The position numbers and the translations under genes are program-made. The notes under the pieces are model-generated. The model saw only the letters and a program-made list of their open reading frames with translations, was not told the origin of the DNA and searched no databases. A stretch of DNA of 63,072 nucleotides, the filler included, from Octopus bimaculoides (Eukaryota), in NCBI RefSeq assembly GCF_001194135.2. It is 5 parts of 4 records of this genome, joined end to end, with 100 filler letters (N's around TTAATTAATTAA, not from the genome) between each part and the next. Parts side by side here need not be neighbours in the genome. Positions count along the whole stretch, not along the records: positions 22,898 to 47,824 come from NC_068984.1; 4 more parts are not named here. One strand, written 5' to 3'. Shown in pieces: positions 30,273-40,929 of the stretch. Position 1 is the first letter of the stretch, and every line of letters begins with the position of its first letter.

Positions 30273-30345
30273 CCCGTGAAGTGCATGACTCAGTGGTTAG
30301 AGCGTTGAGCTTACAATCGTGAGGTTGTGAGTTCAAATCCCGGAG
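30273..30345 (+). mobile_element. Isolated SINE B tRNA-like head between two RTE pieces
   Basis: gtgaagtgcatgactcagtggttagagcg...gagttcaaatcccgg. Confidence 0.75.
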
Positions 30346-31075
30346 TAGGTCATCAGATATACCAGGGCACATGGTCCTGACGTTTCAGCTTGCTAACCGC
30401 AGGACTGGTGGTTTCTTGTCTTTTGATTGTTTTCTTGGTGCAGAGATTGCAGGCTGTTTTTCAAATCAAACTCTTAGCTCCAAGCAACCAATGAAGCAGG
30501 CGGCCTGTGGTGGGTCAGTACCTTATTAACCGGGGGCTGCCCAGCTTGAAGTGGGTAGTAACTAACCAGTGGGACACAAGGGTCCCTCCCTCTGTCAGAG
30601 GTAACCCATAGCACCCATGTCCTACGCCAATCAGAATGGACTTATCACTTGTGACTGCTACCTCCCATGTTTTTTCTGCCACTTTTTACAGCAGCACTGA
30701 AGTGTCCTCTCCAGTTTTGCGCAAGCCTGGGCTAGATATAAGAAAATCCTGAGTAGCCCAATCATCAGGATTCCTCTCTCGACCTTGCTGGCGTAGTTCA
30801 AAGGAGTGCAGAGCATTATGTTTGGCACCAGCTTGGTTGCAGGAGTTGCTGAAAGAGTGTCGAGTTGAACACTAAACTGCCTATGGGGCTCCACTCTGGA
30901 TTTCTTTGAAGGTTGTCTCCTTTCCGTAACCCTGGATAGGGGCCCATACCGGGTACTGTTAGCCAGAGCCAGCTGAGCCCGGGACTCATGTCAGGCAGGG
31001 TCATCACTCCCTGAAGTAGTGAAGAAAATCACTACCCACTACCTATGTAGGTGGTTTAGCGTTCGACAGTTTAGG
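30345..31075 (-). mobile_element. RTE-type LINE 5' UTR and start of the AP endonuclease
   Basis: Minus strand reads KKPPVLRLAS*NVRTMCPGISDD (APE N-terminal WNVRT motif) at ~30350-30420, preceded by a GC-rich UTR resembling RTE-1/BovB-type leaders (recall). Confidence 0.75.
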
Positions 31076-31134
31076 GTATTCAAGTGTTATTAACAGGAGT
31101 CCTAAGATCTAATCTTTGACAAAGATCTGTGCTA

Positions 31135-31585
31135 ATAATAATAATATTGACAATAAGGGTTTCACATTTTTGGCATGAGCGGTAGTTTTAGGGGCAGGAG
31201 GTTTGTCGATTACTTGGCTGGTACTTTTATTTTAATCCTCACTTCATAGTTTAAAGGCAAAATTGATCTTTGCAGTATTTGAACTCAAAATGTAAAGAAC
31301 CAGAAGAAATGCCGTTAACCATTTTGTCCTAAGCTAACGATTCTACCTGCTCACCACCTTAATAATTATCTGTTCTACTTCAGGCATAAGGCCTGAAATT
31401 TTGGTGGAAGAGTGCTAGACAACTACATTGACTCTTGTGCACAACTAGTGCTTGTTAAATTGATCCCAAAAGGATGGAAAGCAAAGTAGACTTTGGAATT
31501 TAAACTCCAAAACCTAAAAATAGATGAAATGCTACTAATAATTGTTTTGACAAGCTAATGATTCTGTTAGATCCCTGCCTTAGTA

Positions 31586-31622
<37 letters not shown>

Positions 31623-31837
31623 TCCTTTCTACTATAGGCACAAGGCCTGAAATTTGGGCGAGGGGGATATTTGATTACATCGACTCCAGTGTGTAATTGG
31701 TACTTATTTCATTGACCCCGAAAGGATGAAAGGCAAAGTTGACCATGGCGGCATTTGAACTCAGAATGTAATGACAGATGAAATGCCACTAAGCATTTTT
31801 CCCAGCGTGCTAACGATTCTGTCAGCTTACTGCCTTA
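31135..31837 (-). mobile_element. Three tandem copies of SINE family C (CpG-decayed)
   Basis: Units at ~31135, ~31362 and ~31620 with the same core, joined by (AAT)n remnants. Confidence 0.85.
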
Positions 31838-32952
31838 AATAATAATAATGATGATAATAAAAAAAAAACAATACTAGTAATTTTTGTAATACTTTCCCTT
31901 TATTCATTATGAATTTAAAGTTGAAAATTTTGTATACTGTGGGTTTTATAATAGAGAACACTGATATTTGGTTAGTAATGTTAGAAATATTATTGTAATA
32001 AGGAAGAATTAGATATATTCTTAACTGGACAGGTGTCTGTATCTGTTACCACATGGTATTAGTTCTGATGTTTGTTGTTGACTGCAGAAATATGTGTAAC
32101 TAAAGCACCTTATCTAGCTTTCTAAATATGGGACCATTTTGAATTAAATGAGACTCTAGTGTTATTGAGAGCTTTAAAGCTAAATTGTTTTAGGCTGAAT
32201 ACTTAACTCCTTCCGTTTATCTCACCTGTCAAACTGGTGGGATTAACGGACGTATATATTTTTGTATATTCGCTGTGTTAATAGACAGTTATTCATCAAC
32301 TGTTCATCCACTAGTAAACATACTACAGTATTTATCTATGATTAGTTTCTGCAGGTCACCTTTAAGTGCAGTGTTAGTGGAGGCTTAGTTTGTTAATGTT
32401 TCAACAGACCTACTTTTTTAAGCTTAGAATAGTTTCAGCTGTTCTTTTATCCCTGATTCAGGGAAGATATCATTCTAAATAACTATTTTAATATAATTTA
32501 CATAGTTAATTATGTTTATATAATTAACTATGAAAAACAGATTTCTTACATTAATCATTAAAACATCCAGCTGAAAGAAACAAATTTTTTTGTTACCCTG
32601 CTATAATAATTAGCATGTGAAGTGTTTGTGTGGTCAATGTAAATCCAGTGTTTTATGGCTAAATTAGGTGACATGTTATGAAGTCATGTAAATGAAGTTG
32701 TATGCAGCCAGCGTAGGTAGTGTTGCAAGTGGAGTGTTGCCAGGCCATTGTAGTGTGGTTAGTGTGGATTCTGCATTATGTTGTCAGAGTGAGGCCAGTA
32801 AAGGTGAAACTTTAATGTTATTGTAGGTGAGGTGCTGATTTATAGGTGTAGCTCCAGTGTAGTGTGGTCATTAGTGCTGAGTATCTAGTGTAGGTCCATT
32901 ATAGTTTGGCTGGTATTAACTGGTGCTATTTTCTCTCTGTATTTTCAGAATT

Positions 32953-33087
32953 ATGGCACGTGGTCAGCAGAAAATTCAGTCACAGCAAAAACAGAAACTA
33001 AAGAAAGACAAAATGAAGAAATCCACTGGACATGACCAGAAGAAGGCTGCAGCAGCAGCACTCAACTATAAGTGCACTGTTTGTATG
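32953..33087 (+). CDS. ZNF706: Zinc finger protein 706 orthologue, coding exon 1 (MARGQQKIQSQQKQKLKKDKMKKSTGHDQKKAAAAALNYKCTVCM)
   Basis: N-terminus MARGQQKIQSQQK...GHDQKKAAAAAL.Y.CTVC is the ZNF706/4F5-like signature. Acceptor ttttcag ends at 32948, ATG at 32953, phase-0 donor GTAATG at 33088. Confidence 0.95.
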
Positions 33088-34423
33088 GTAATGTCTTATG
33101 TATATATATTTGCTCAGCCTGCTAACCCTTCCCTTTCACATTTAACACAAGTTATTTTGGATGTTGGAAATGTTGTCAGCCTCCCCTGCTCTCAATATCT
33201 AATTGAAGCACTCAGTCCTATAATGATTGAGCAGAAAGTACCTAAAAATGGGTTTTCTTATTCAAATGTTTATAGTGTCTTTAGGTTATTTTGAAAATTG
33301 GCAATATTACCAAAATAACTTGTTTGTTAAGTAGTCATTTGTGCTAAAAATGTACAACTGTGTTTATTAATTAATTACATAATAACTAAAAACACATACT
33401 CAAAAACGATAATGTAAAGAAATATATTAGTAATAACTTAAATGTAAATAATTAAGCCATAGACATACAAACATCACAAACAAAAAAAAAATTTTTCCTG
33501 CCCTTTTTTTGCAGCTTTTTCATTATGAAATTAAGACAGGTGTTTCATTTTGTTCCGCATACAAATTGGTTTGCTGGGCAATTGTACTGATCAAACTCGA
33601 CCTGTCAAGTTTAAAAAAAATATAATCAACAGGCTTCACATCAAGTTCCAAAGAGATCTTTGAATCAACAACACTTAAAAAACAAGTTTAATTTCATTAT
33701 CAAAAATGGTATTTGACCCATTCAGATGGTAATATACTATCCAAATCACTTGAAAAGTTGAACTAATTGAAGTGAGATTGTTTGTGTGTACAGAAGAAAT
33801 GGATATATCACTGTGGTTATCATCTTCAAAAGCCTTATCTTCCATTAATTCATTAAGTTGTGCAAAGAATGATTAGCAGTTGTTTTCCAAAATAAACTTC
33901 TACCAAGAATATATACACACACACACACACACATACATGCTCACTTTTTTAAAATACGTACATAATTTCTTTATTATTAATTTGTTCTGTAGGAAAATAC
34001 TGTGTCCCATAATCGTCATAGACCAGTGGGAATGACAGTGTTTCACTTGATTAATTAGCAAGTTGATGGCTGCAACAAAAACCTGGACAGGATAATCTTA
34101 AGAGGTGAAGAGAGAATGGATTGGGAAAATGTTTAGTGTGAGTCTTGGGTGGCTGAACACAATATGGATTGTGAGACGAGTGAGTGAGGAGGAATGCCTG
34201 AGTGGAGGTGGTACAAGACCAGCCAGCTGTGAAGATCAGAGATTATTATTAGTAGTAGTGGTGGTAGAAAAAAGGCATTGAGAAATTTTTTTTAACTTTT
34301 AAAAGAATTTTTTTTTGTCTCCCAGTGCTAGCAATCTATTTGGTGGATCTCTTTTGGTGTTTAAATGTAAGATTTAAGGATTACTTTGCTGTATTCTTAG
34401 TGTTTGTTTCTCATGAATTTCAG

Positions 34424-34513
34424 TCTTTGATGCCTGATGTAAAAACCTACAAACAGCACTTTGAAAACAAACATCCGAAAGCATCTTTGCCAGAAGAATT
34501 GAAACTGGAATGA
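34424..34513 (+). CDS. ZNF706: ZNF706 coding exon 2 (SLMPDVKTYKQHFENKHPKASLPEELKLE*)
   Basis: Acceptor tttcag ends at 34423. Splicing to exon 1 completes a C-x2-C-x12-H-x4-H finger and gives 74 aa. TGA at 34511-34513, then CAG|GTAAAT donor at 34517. Confidence 0.95.
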   Translation, partial: SLMPDVKTYKQHFENKHPKASLPEELKLE

Positions 34514-35091
34514 CAGGTAAATACTCTGTTTGTTGTTGATGATGATGATGGTACAACAAAACACAAATTTTTATGAGTCACCACTATCTACCAGCAGCTT
34601 TCTTTCATTAATGGTGTTATTTGTTTTTGCTTAGTCAGTGGGGGCAATGCAGTTCCCATGGCCCTTTTCATGGTCTCCAAGACATGACCTGAAGCTTACA
34701 ACAGGGGCCATGTGATTTAGTCTGGTTATCTGGCTTGAATGCTCTCAATTGGATCAAATTTGAGTGATCCAGTTTCTCTTACTGCTGTGAGTTAGATGAG
34801 TCTATAATATTTGACACTGTATGACATTTGTCAGCAAATGTTATCATAACAGTATCATTCATTTGTAATACTCTGGAAAAAAACATGTCTAGTCATTGTG
34901 CTGTTCATGTTCAGAGGACTAGAAGATATATTAACTGACTTGGAAACAAATTTAAGTTGGTGATAATTAGGGCATCTGGTCATAGGAAATCTGCCTGAAC
35001 GAATTTCATTTGATCCACGCAAGCATGAAAAAGTTGACATTGAAATAATGACAGTAATGAAACTATGTATAAATGTGTATTGATGTCTTTA

Positions 35092-35408
35092 TCTTTTACT
35101 TGTTTCAGTCTTTCGTCTCTGGCTACGTTGGGGTTACTCCCTTGAAGAATTTTTAGTTGAATGAATTGACCCAGTAATTTTTCCTTTTAAGCCTAGTACT
35201 TATTCTATCGAACTGCTAAGTTATGGGGACCAACACCAGCTGTCAAGCAATGGTGGGGAGAAACACACACATGACAAGCTTCTTTCAGTTTCTGTCAATC
35301 AAATCCACTCACAGGGCTTTGGCTGGCCTGCGGCTATAATAGAAGACACTTGCCCAACTCTCTAACCATGTGGTTCAGAAGCAAGCTTCTTACTACACAT
35401 CCATGCTG
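35092..35408 (-). mobile_element. SINE family A
   Basis: Reverse complement of the 5952 family, CpG-decayed. Confidence 0.8.
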
Positions 35409-35775
35409 TTTACTTTTATCTACCCCCCCCCCCCNNNNNNNNNNNNNNNNNNNNNNNNNCCCATTTTAACATTTGCTTTTCCATACTTGCATAGAGCATA
35501 TGAAGTTTGTTAAAGTAGTTTTTCAGCTACACAATATTTTCTCATGATTGGTCATGTTTTTACAGAAGGATAGAAATGTGAAACACACAGCTTGTATGGT
35601 GGTGATGCTTGGTTATACCTATTGCATAATCTCTAGAAAATGAGACAAACATACACTATATATAAATGTGGATGTGTGTGTGTATATGTATGTATGTATG
35701 TATATATATATAATATATATATATATATGAATTGAACCAAGAGCAATAACTTTGTAGTGGCCATTGGCATGTAAT

Positions 35776-35949
35776 TTGAACACTTTTGATGCCAAACTTT
35801 CTGTTTTAAAGTGATCTAAATTATAATCTTCTATCAAAACTTCATATTTGATTCATGTTCCAAGCATCAGCTTAATAATAAGTTATTTTACTAAATTCTT
35901 CTTTATTTTCAAAAGGCTGTATTTCAACTAATATGTTACAAAGTGTTAA
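35776..35949. mobile_element. Possible second TTAA-type MITE family
   Basis: Ends ttgaacacttttg / caaagtgttaa are near-inverted. Confidence 0.35.
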
Positions 35950-36382
35950 TACTATACAAAATTATTCTTGTTTTATGGAAAATATCTCTGCTTCCAGAGT
36001 AGGTGAAACAATCACTTGGTGGCACTTGAGACCAACTCCAAATGTGGAGAGATAATCTCAAGAATTGAGAATTTTCCAAAAGTGATGCATCATTAAAGAA
36101 AAAACAGTCTGTGTCTGGAGATAAACTACAGACAACTATAGTTGCAAATTTCTGCCCCACTTAGCATCATCAGCATAGCAGTTTTCCTACTTTATTTCCA
36201 GCAAAATGAGACAGGCATGGCCCTAGGTAATTTGATAAAATGAGAATAACTCTAAGTGGCCACTACACTTGCACTCTTTTCTCTTTTTCTATATCCTGTA
36301 TCTTTCTTTCACTATTCTCTTCTTTTGTGTAACTTTTTCTATGAACCAATAATGAGTTCTATGTTTTAATAAAACCAATCTA

Positions 36383-36669
36383 CATTATTTACATTTGACG
36401 GATATTTGTCCTCATCTTGTTGTTAACACGTTTCGGCTGTTATACCCTCCAGCCTTCATCAAGTGTCTTGTGGAAATTTCGAACCTGGGTTCTCACTCCT
36501 AAGGTATTTTTCGATGTTATTATTATTATCAATCAGGTCACTGCCTGGAATCTTGGGGTTAGTAGCCTGTGCTCTTAACCACTATTCCATATGTCCACAG
36601 GCATATGGCGTAGTGGTTAAGAATGCGGGCTACTAACCCCAAGATTCCAAGTTCAATTCCAGGCAGTGA

Positions 36670-36707
<38 letters not shown>

Positions 36708-36881
36708 TTGAAAAATACCTTAGGAATGAGAACCCAGGTTCAAAATTTCCCCAAGACAACCTGATGAAGGCTGGAGGGTATATCAGCCGAAACGTACTAA
36801 CAACAAACAAGATGAGGACAAATATCCGTCAAATGTAAATAATGTTCATAATTCTTTTTCTCTTAAATATAGAACTGTATT
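36383..36881. mobile_element. Head-to-head inverted dimer of a tRNA-headed element with hammerhead-like tails, flanked by a 14-bp TSD
   Basis: Arms are reverse complements about ~36597. Right head has an A box (TGGCGTAGTGG) and a B-box-like AGTTCAATTCC, then (AAT)n, then CTGATGA-A-GGCTG..CAGCC-GAAAC-GTA (36761-36796). Left copy has TTGATGA. Direct repeats ATAAAACCAATCTA at 36369-36382 and 36882-36895. Confidence 0.85.
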
Positions 36882-36908
36882 ATAAAACCAATCTATTTTT
36901 CATTTCAG

Positions 36909-37740
36909 CAACCATGGTGACTTAAGCTAGACTCTGCCAGAAACATCATCCCAATTCTCGGCAGATCCTGAAGAAAACCAACCTGCTGTGTATTCCTCTT
37001 TTGTAGCAACAGTCACCTTTCTATTTTCACACCTTTTCCTTCTGACACTATCTCCAGCTCCCACCCTTCATCATTTTGGAATCCTGCCTGGAAGTTCTCT
37101 AAGCCAAAGTCCCAGAAACTTTCTTCCTGCCCTTCCCTACACCATAACATCAAATATATTTCATCTTCAACTTTCATCTCCTCATCTAATTTCTTTTAAT
37201 GGATACTGTTGTTATAACTGTATGTGGTAAGTAGGCCCTTACATACAGTTGGACTCGCATACCTGAGACCATAGTCTTTAGTGTTTGTGTGAAGCAAACT
37301 GTATAGGTCATGCAGGAATTGATGTACAGTGTGTATGTGAGTGTGTGTGTTGGTTGTCTTTTTGTCTTTATCAGTCACTGGCAAGGTACATAGTTGTACC
37401 TTGGCAAGCATCCTGAATTTTAGTGTTGTCTTTCTGGAAGCTAGAGCAGAGTGTATCTATGTCTGCAGTTTGTCTGTTCTGTTCTCTCTCTTTCTCTCTT
37501 TCTCTTTCTTTCTCTTCCTGTCTCAAAATATCTCTATCTATCTCTCTCTCATTAATTCTCTAGCTCTAATCAGCAGTATCACACACCATGCCACATTCAT
37601 TACTTCACACCACTTCATTTTATGCCACATTAATTTCACACACATCACACCACTGTAGTTTATTTATTCCATCAATTGAAAAGAGAAAAAGAAATTGATA
37701 TTTACCAATATTATATTAAGAATTAAAATAAATTTCAAAA
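36909..37740 (+). other. ZNF706: Candidate non-coding last exon / 3' UTR of ZNF706
   Basis: The donor at 34517 needs a downstream acceptor. ctatttttcatttcAG ends at 36908 and is followed by unique sequence; ATTAAA/AATAAA at 37722-37732. The 3' end is a guess. Confidence 0.4.
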
Positions 37741-38418
37741 CAACACCAAAAAATCATCTGTTGCCATCCAGTTATTTTTTACCAATCTTTTCTCATTTTA
37801 GGATTCATAGCATTTTTAATGTCATTCCTCTCACACACACACACAAAAACGTGTAGTGACACTCTCACACATATACACGTGTAGTGACACAGATGTACAG
37901 AGTAGCACACAAGCACATGTAGTACATGCACACACAAAGTAACATACATACATACATACACATAACTGCACAGATGCACTTAGCAAAACACAGCAACACA
38001 TTCACATGCATGCATACACAAACCAACACACACATCTGTACAGGTACAGAAATTAATACACATATATACAAATGTACACAAACTCATGCAAACAATTAAC
38101 AAAGTTAAATAAGATAAACTTTTTTTTATTTATTAAAATTTTTATTAAAAAAAATTTTTCTAAATTGTCTTGTTTTTAAAGACATTTTTATTGTTTTAAA
38201 AAAAAATTTTTTTTATCTATTTTTTATTGTTAAAGCATCAAGCAAAATGCTTTGTGGTGTATTTTCTCATTCAGTTCAAATCCTGCTGAGATTAAGTTTG
38301 CTTTACATACTTCTAGGGTTGATAAAATATATTACCAGATAAATACTGGAGTTGATATAAGATTACACCTTACCCTCCTCCTTCACATTTGAAACTCCAT
38401 ATCTATGTCAAGTCTTTA

Positions 38419-38645
38419 TTAACCTTTTAGTATTTAAACCGGCCATATCTGGCCAAAATATTTATTCTGTTTTATGTTCAAACTGACCAGATCCAGGCTC
38501 TCACACCTACCCTACAATGTTATTCTACATTAAGTAATTACACCATCAAGATCTTGAAGATATGAGATAATGCATGATTAATTCAAATCAATGTGAATCA
38601 ATAAGCATTATGTTTGATAGAATAATCTGAACACTAAAGGGTTAA
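38419..38645. mobile_element. piggyBac-type MITE (TTAA-flanked), second copy
   Basis: TTAAccttttagtatttaaaccggccatat...aatctgaacactaaagggTTAA. Confidence 0.8.
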
Positions 38646-38794
38646 GGTCTGCGGTTGTCAGATTTGGTTGGTTGTCAGTCTTTAGTTATGTCCCTTCGCA
38701 TCTTGTTGCAGTTGACTTTGCTTTTCATCAAACTGATGTATGCTCTAACGCAATGTGTACATGTACCTATGTGAAAAATCATCATCATTATTAT

Positions 38795-39005
38795 TAAGGG
38801 TGATGGATTGGCAGAATCAATTAAGTATTGGAAAATGCTGTGCAGCATTTTTCTCATGCTTTCCATCTCAGTTCAAATCCCACAGAGATTTTAAACTGAG
38901 ATCCTCCAGGATCAATAAAATAAAGTAGCAGTTAAGAACTGGTGCTGATGTAATCGACTGATACCCTTCCATCTAAAATTTCTGCTCTTGTATCAAAATT
39001 TGAAA
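38795..39005 (+). mobile_element. SINE family C (further remnants at ~27585-27720 and ~38230-38345)
   Basis: ggattggcagaatc..ggaaaatgc..tcagttcaaatccc..aataaaataaagtagcagt. Confidence 0.65.
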
Positions 39006-40929
39006 TAATTATTAATTATTGGTAGCATTCAAAGAAGCCACCCTTAACTTCAGCTCTGAGGAATTTATAAAAGAAGTGGGTAAAAAAAATATCGACTTGC
39101 TTCAATTTGAATGGGATTCTATTTTTATTTGATATTTGTATAATCGACAAGAAGGAATTTGTTAAGTGTTGGTGAGTGTGTTCTGTGTATAAAGTTCCCC
39201 ACACAACATCAGTGGTTCTACTGATGTAATTTTTTTTTTTTTTTGAAAAGAAATAAGTCTTTCCTTTTAAAATTTCAAAGCAGATGTAAATTTTCCCACA
39301 ATGACTGTGGAGACAAACACAATGAGACAAGTTGAGAAAGAAGAGAAAAACGATGTAATAAGGGAGAGAGTAGCGATACAATAATGTTACATGTAACAAG
39401 TTTGAATCATACTGTTTCTGCCACAGCAGCAACATATGTGAACTTCACAAATGATAATAATCTGAAAGGTCAGTAAAATAATAAAAACAGAATTGTAACA
39501 ACTACAACAGCAATAGCATACGTATATATTTTCAATGAAAATTTGCCATCTCATGAGAAAACAAATGCAAGACAAATTCAGCTATATGTTAACTGAATAC
39601 AGGAAAAACTATCACTAACTTCAACACTGTCACTGTTGTTTTCTGTAGTAGGTGGTTCCATCACCTGTTAGAATATCAGGATTTATAACCAAACGATTTT
39701 GTTGGACATACCAGAGATTATAGAAAAGAAAAAAGACATACAGTAACATAAAGCATAAATATAAAAATACAAGGTCCAACCCTAGGCAGCATGAAAAACG
39801 GATGTTAAAGGATGAGATACCCACATGCGCATGAGTAGAAAGATACCTGAAATCTATAGGGGAGCAATTGAAAAACAATTTGACAGAGTAGATGTCAGAT
39901 TTGCCATGGGAGTCAAAACTAAGAGCCATTCCATGATTCTGTTAAGATGAATTTCATCTTCATGCCAACTTATCTGGGCAAGTATATGAAGGTGAGAGTT
40001 GTGGACATGCTGCTAGATATAAAAATCTGGTGGCTAATTGGGGTGATATTTTCGCCTTCAGTTGGTGGAACTAATATTCTAGAAATACTTGAAAATAGAA
40101 AAGTAAAATAGGCTGGGGATGGAATAGAACTCATGCTCCAAGCTAAACTACCAAATGAAGCTTAGCTATTTTTGGCAGTTGAAGGGAGAAAGCCCAGGTG
40201 CCATTTTGAGGGATTTCTACTTGAATTAAAGGGCAAAATGCCCCCACCCCCACCCAATGCATTAATAAGCAGCAGAAAAATCTGAAACGACTAATACATA
40301 AGCAACAATAGGCTCTGACAAAACTCCCACCAAAAAATTATTTCTCAACATTGTTATTAATACTCAGCAGGACATAAGCATGAATATCCAGCCCCACTCG
40401 CAGCTACTTCAGACTTCCCTGAGTCAGAGATCTTACTGAGCAATGAAGTAATTGCAAAAAAAAACAAAAAACAAACTGAACAGGTTAGCAACAGAGGGAA
40501 GAATGATGTAGGAGACAATAGATAATTGCTCCAAGATAAATGCTAATTTATTTGAAGGGATGGTAGATGTCCTCTAATCACACAACACAATGGATCACCA
40601 TCACAACTGCAACAAAAACAAACAAAACTCAAATTACAATCACAGAAAAAACCCCACAAAATCAGTCAATCGTAAAAAAAAAGCACACACTGAATTGATG
40701 GAGGAGGTAATAAATCGAACATTAGCATCAATAGAGAAGTGTTTGATGATCTTCCAAAGACACTTTTATTACAGAAACTCAGACATACAGAGTTAAAGTG
40801 AAAAAATGTCTTTCTTAAATAGAAATGCTTTACAAAGGCCTTTTGAAACTTCCTAGGAGGAGACCAGATCAATTGACCTGCTTGAGGACCAAGGTGAGTA
40901 ACTTCTTCCATTTTCTTTCTGAACATGAC

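Noticed and set aside
30350-30400. Minus-strand GAAACGTC...CTGATGA resembling a type II hammerhead
   Set aside because: These bases are codons of the RTE endonuclease (WNVRT..SDD) and stems I and II do not pair.
32923-33294. 123-aa ORF as the ZNF706 protein
   Set aside because: It runs through the acceptor at 32948 and the donor at 33088 and lacks the His half of the finger; the spliced 74-aa model fits the family.
36600-36673. tRNA gene calls for A/B-box sequences (also 14380-14457, 15609-15680, 22020-22060, 30273-30345)
   Set aside because: No complete acceptor stems; they continue into repeat bodies, so they are SINE heads or remnants.
40857-40893. Apparent 37-nt exon (tag|GAGG...AAG|GTGAGT)
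   Set aside because: It lies in sequence that translates like a decayed LINE RT (..LLLQKLRH..); no independent support for splicing.
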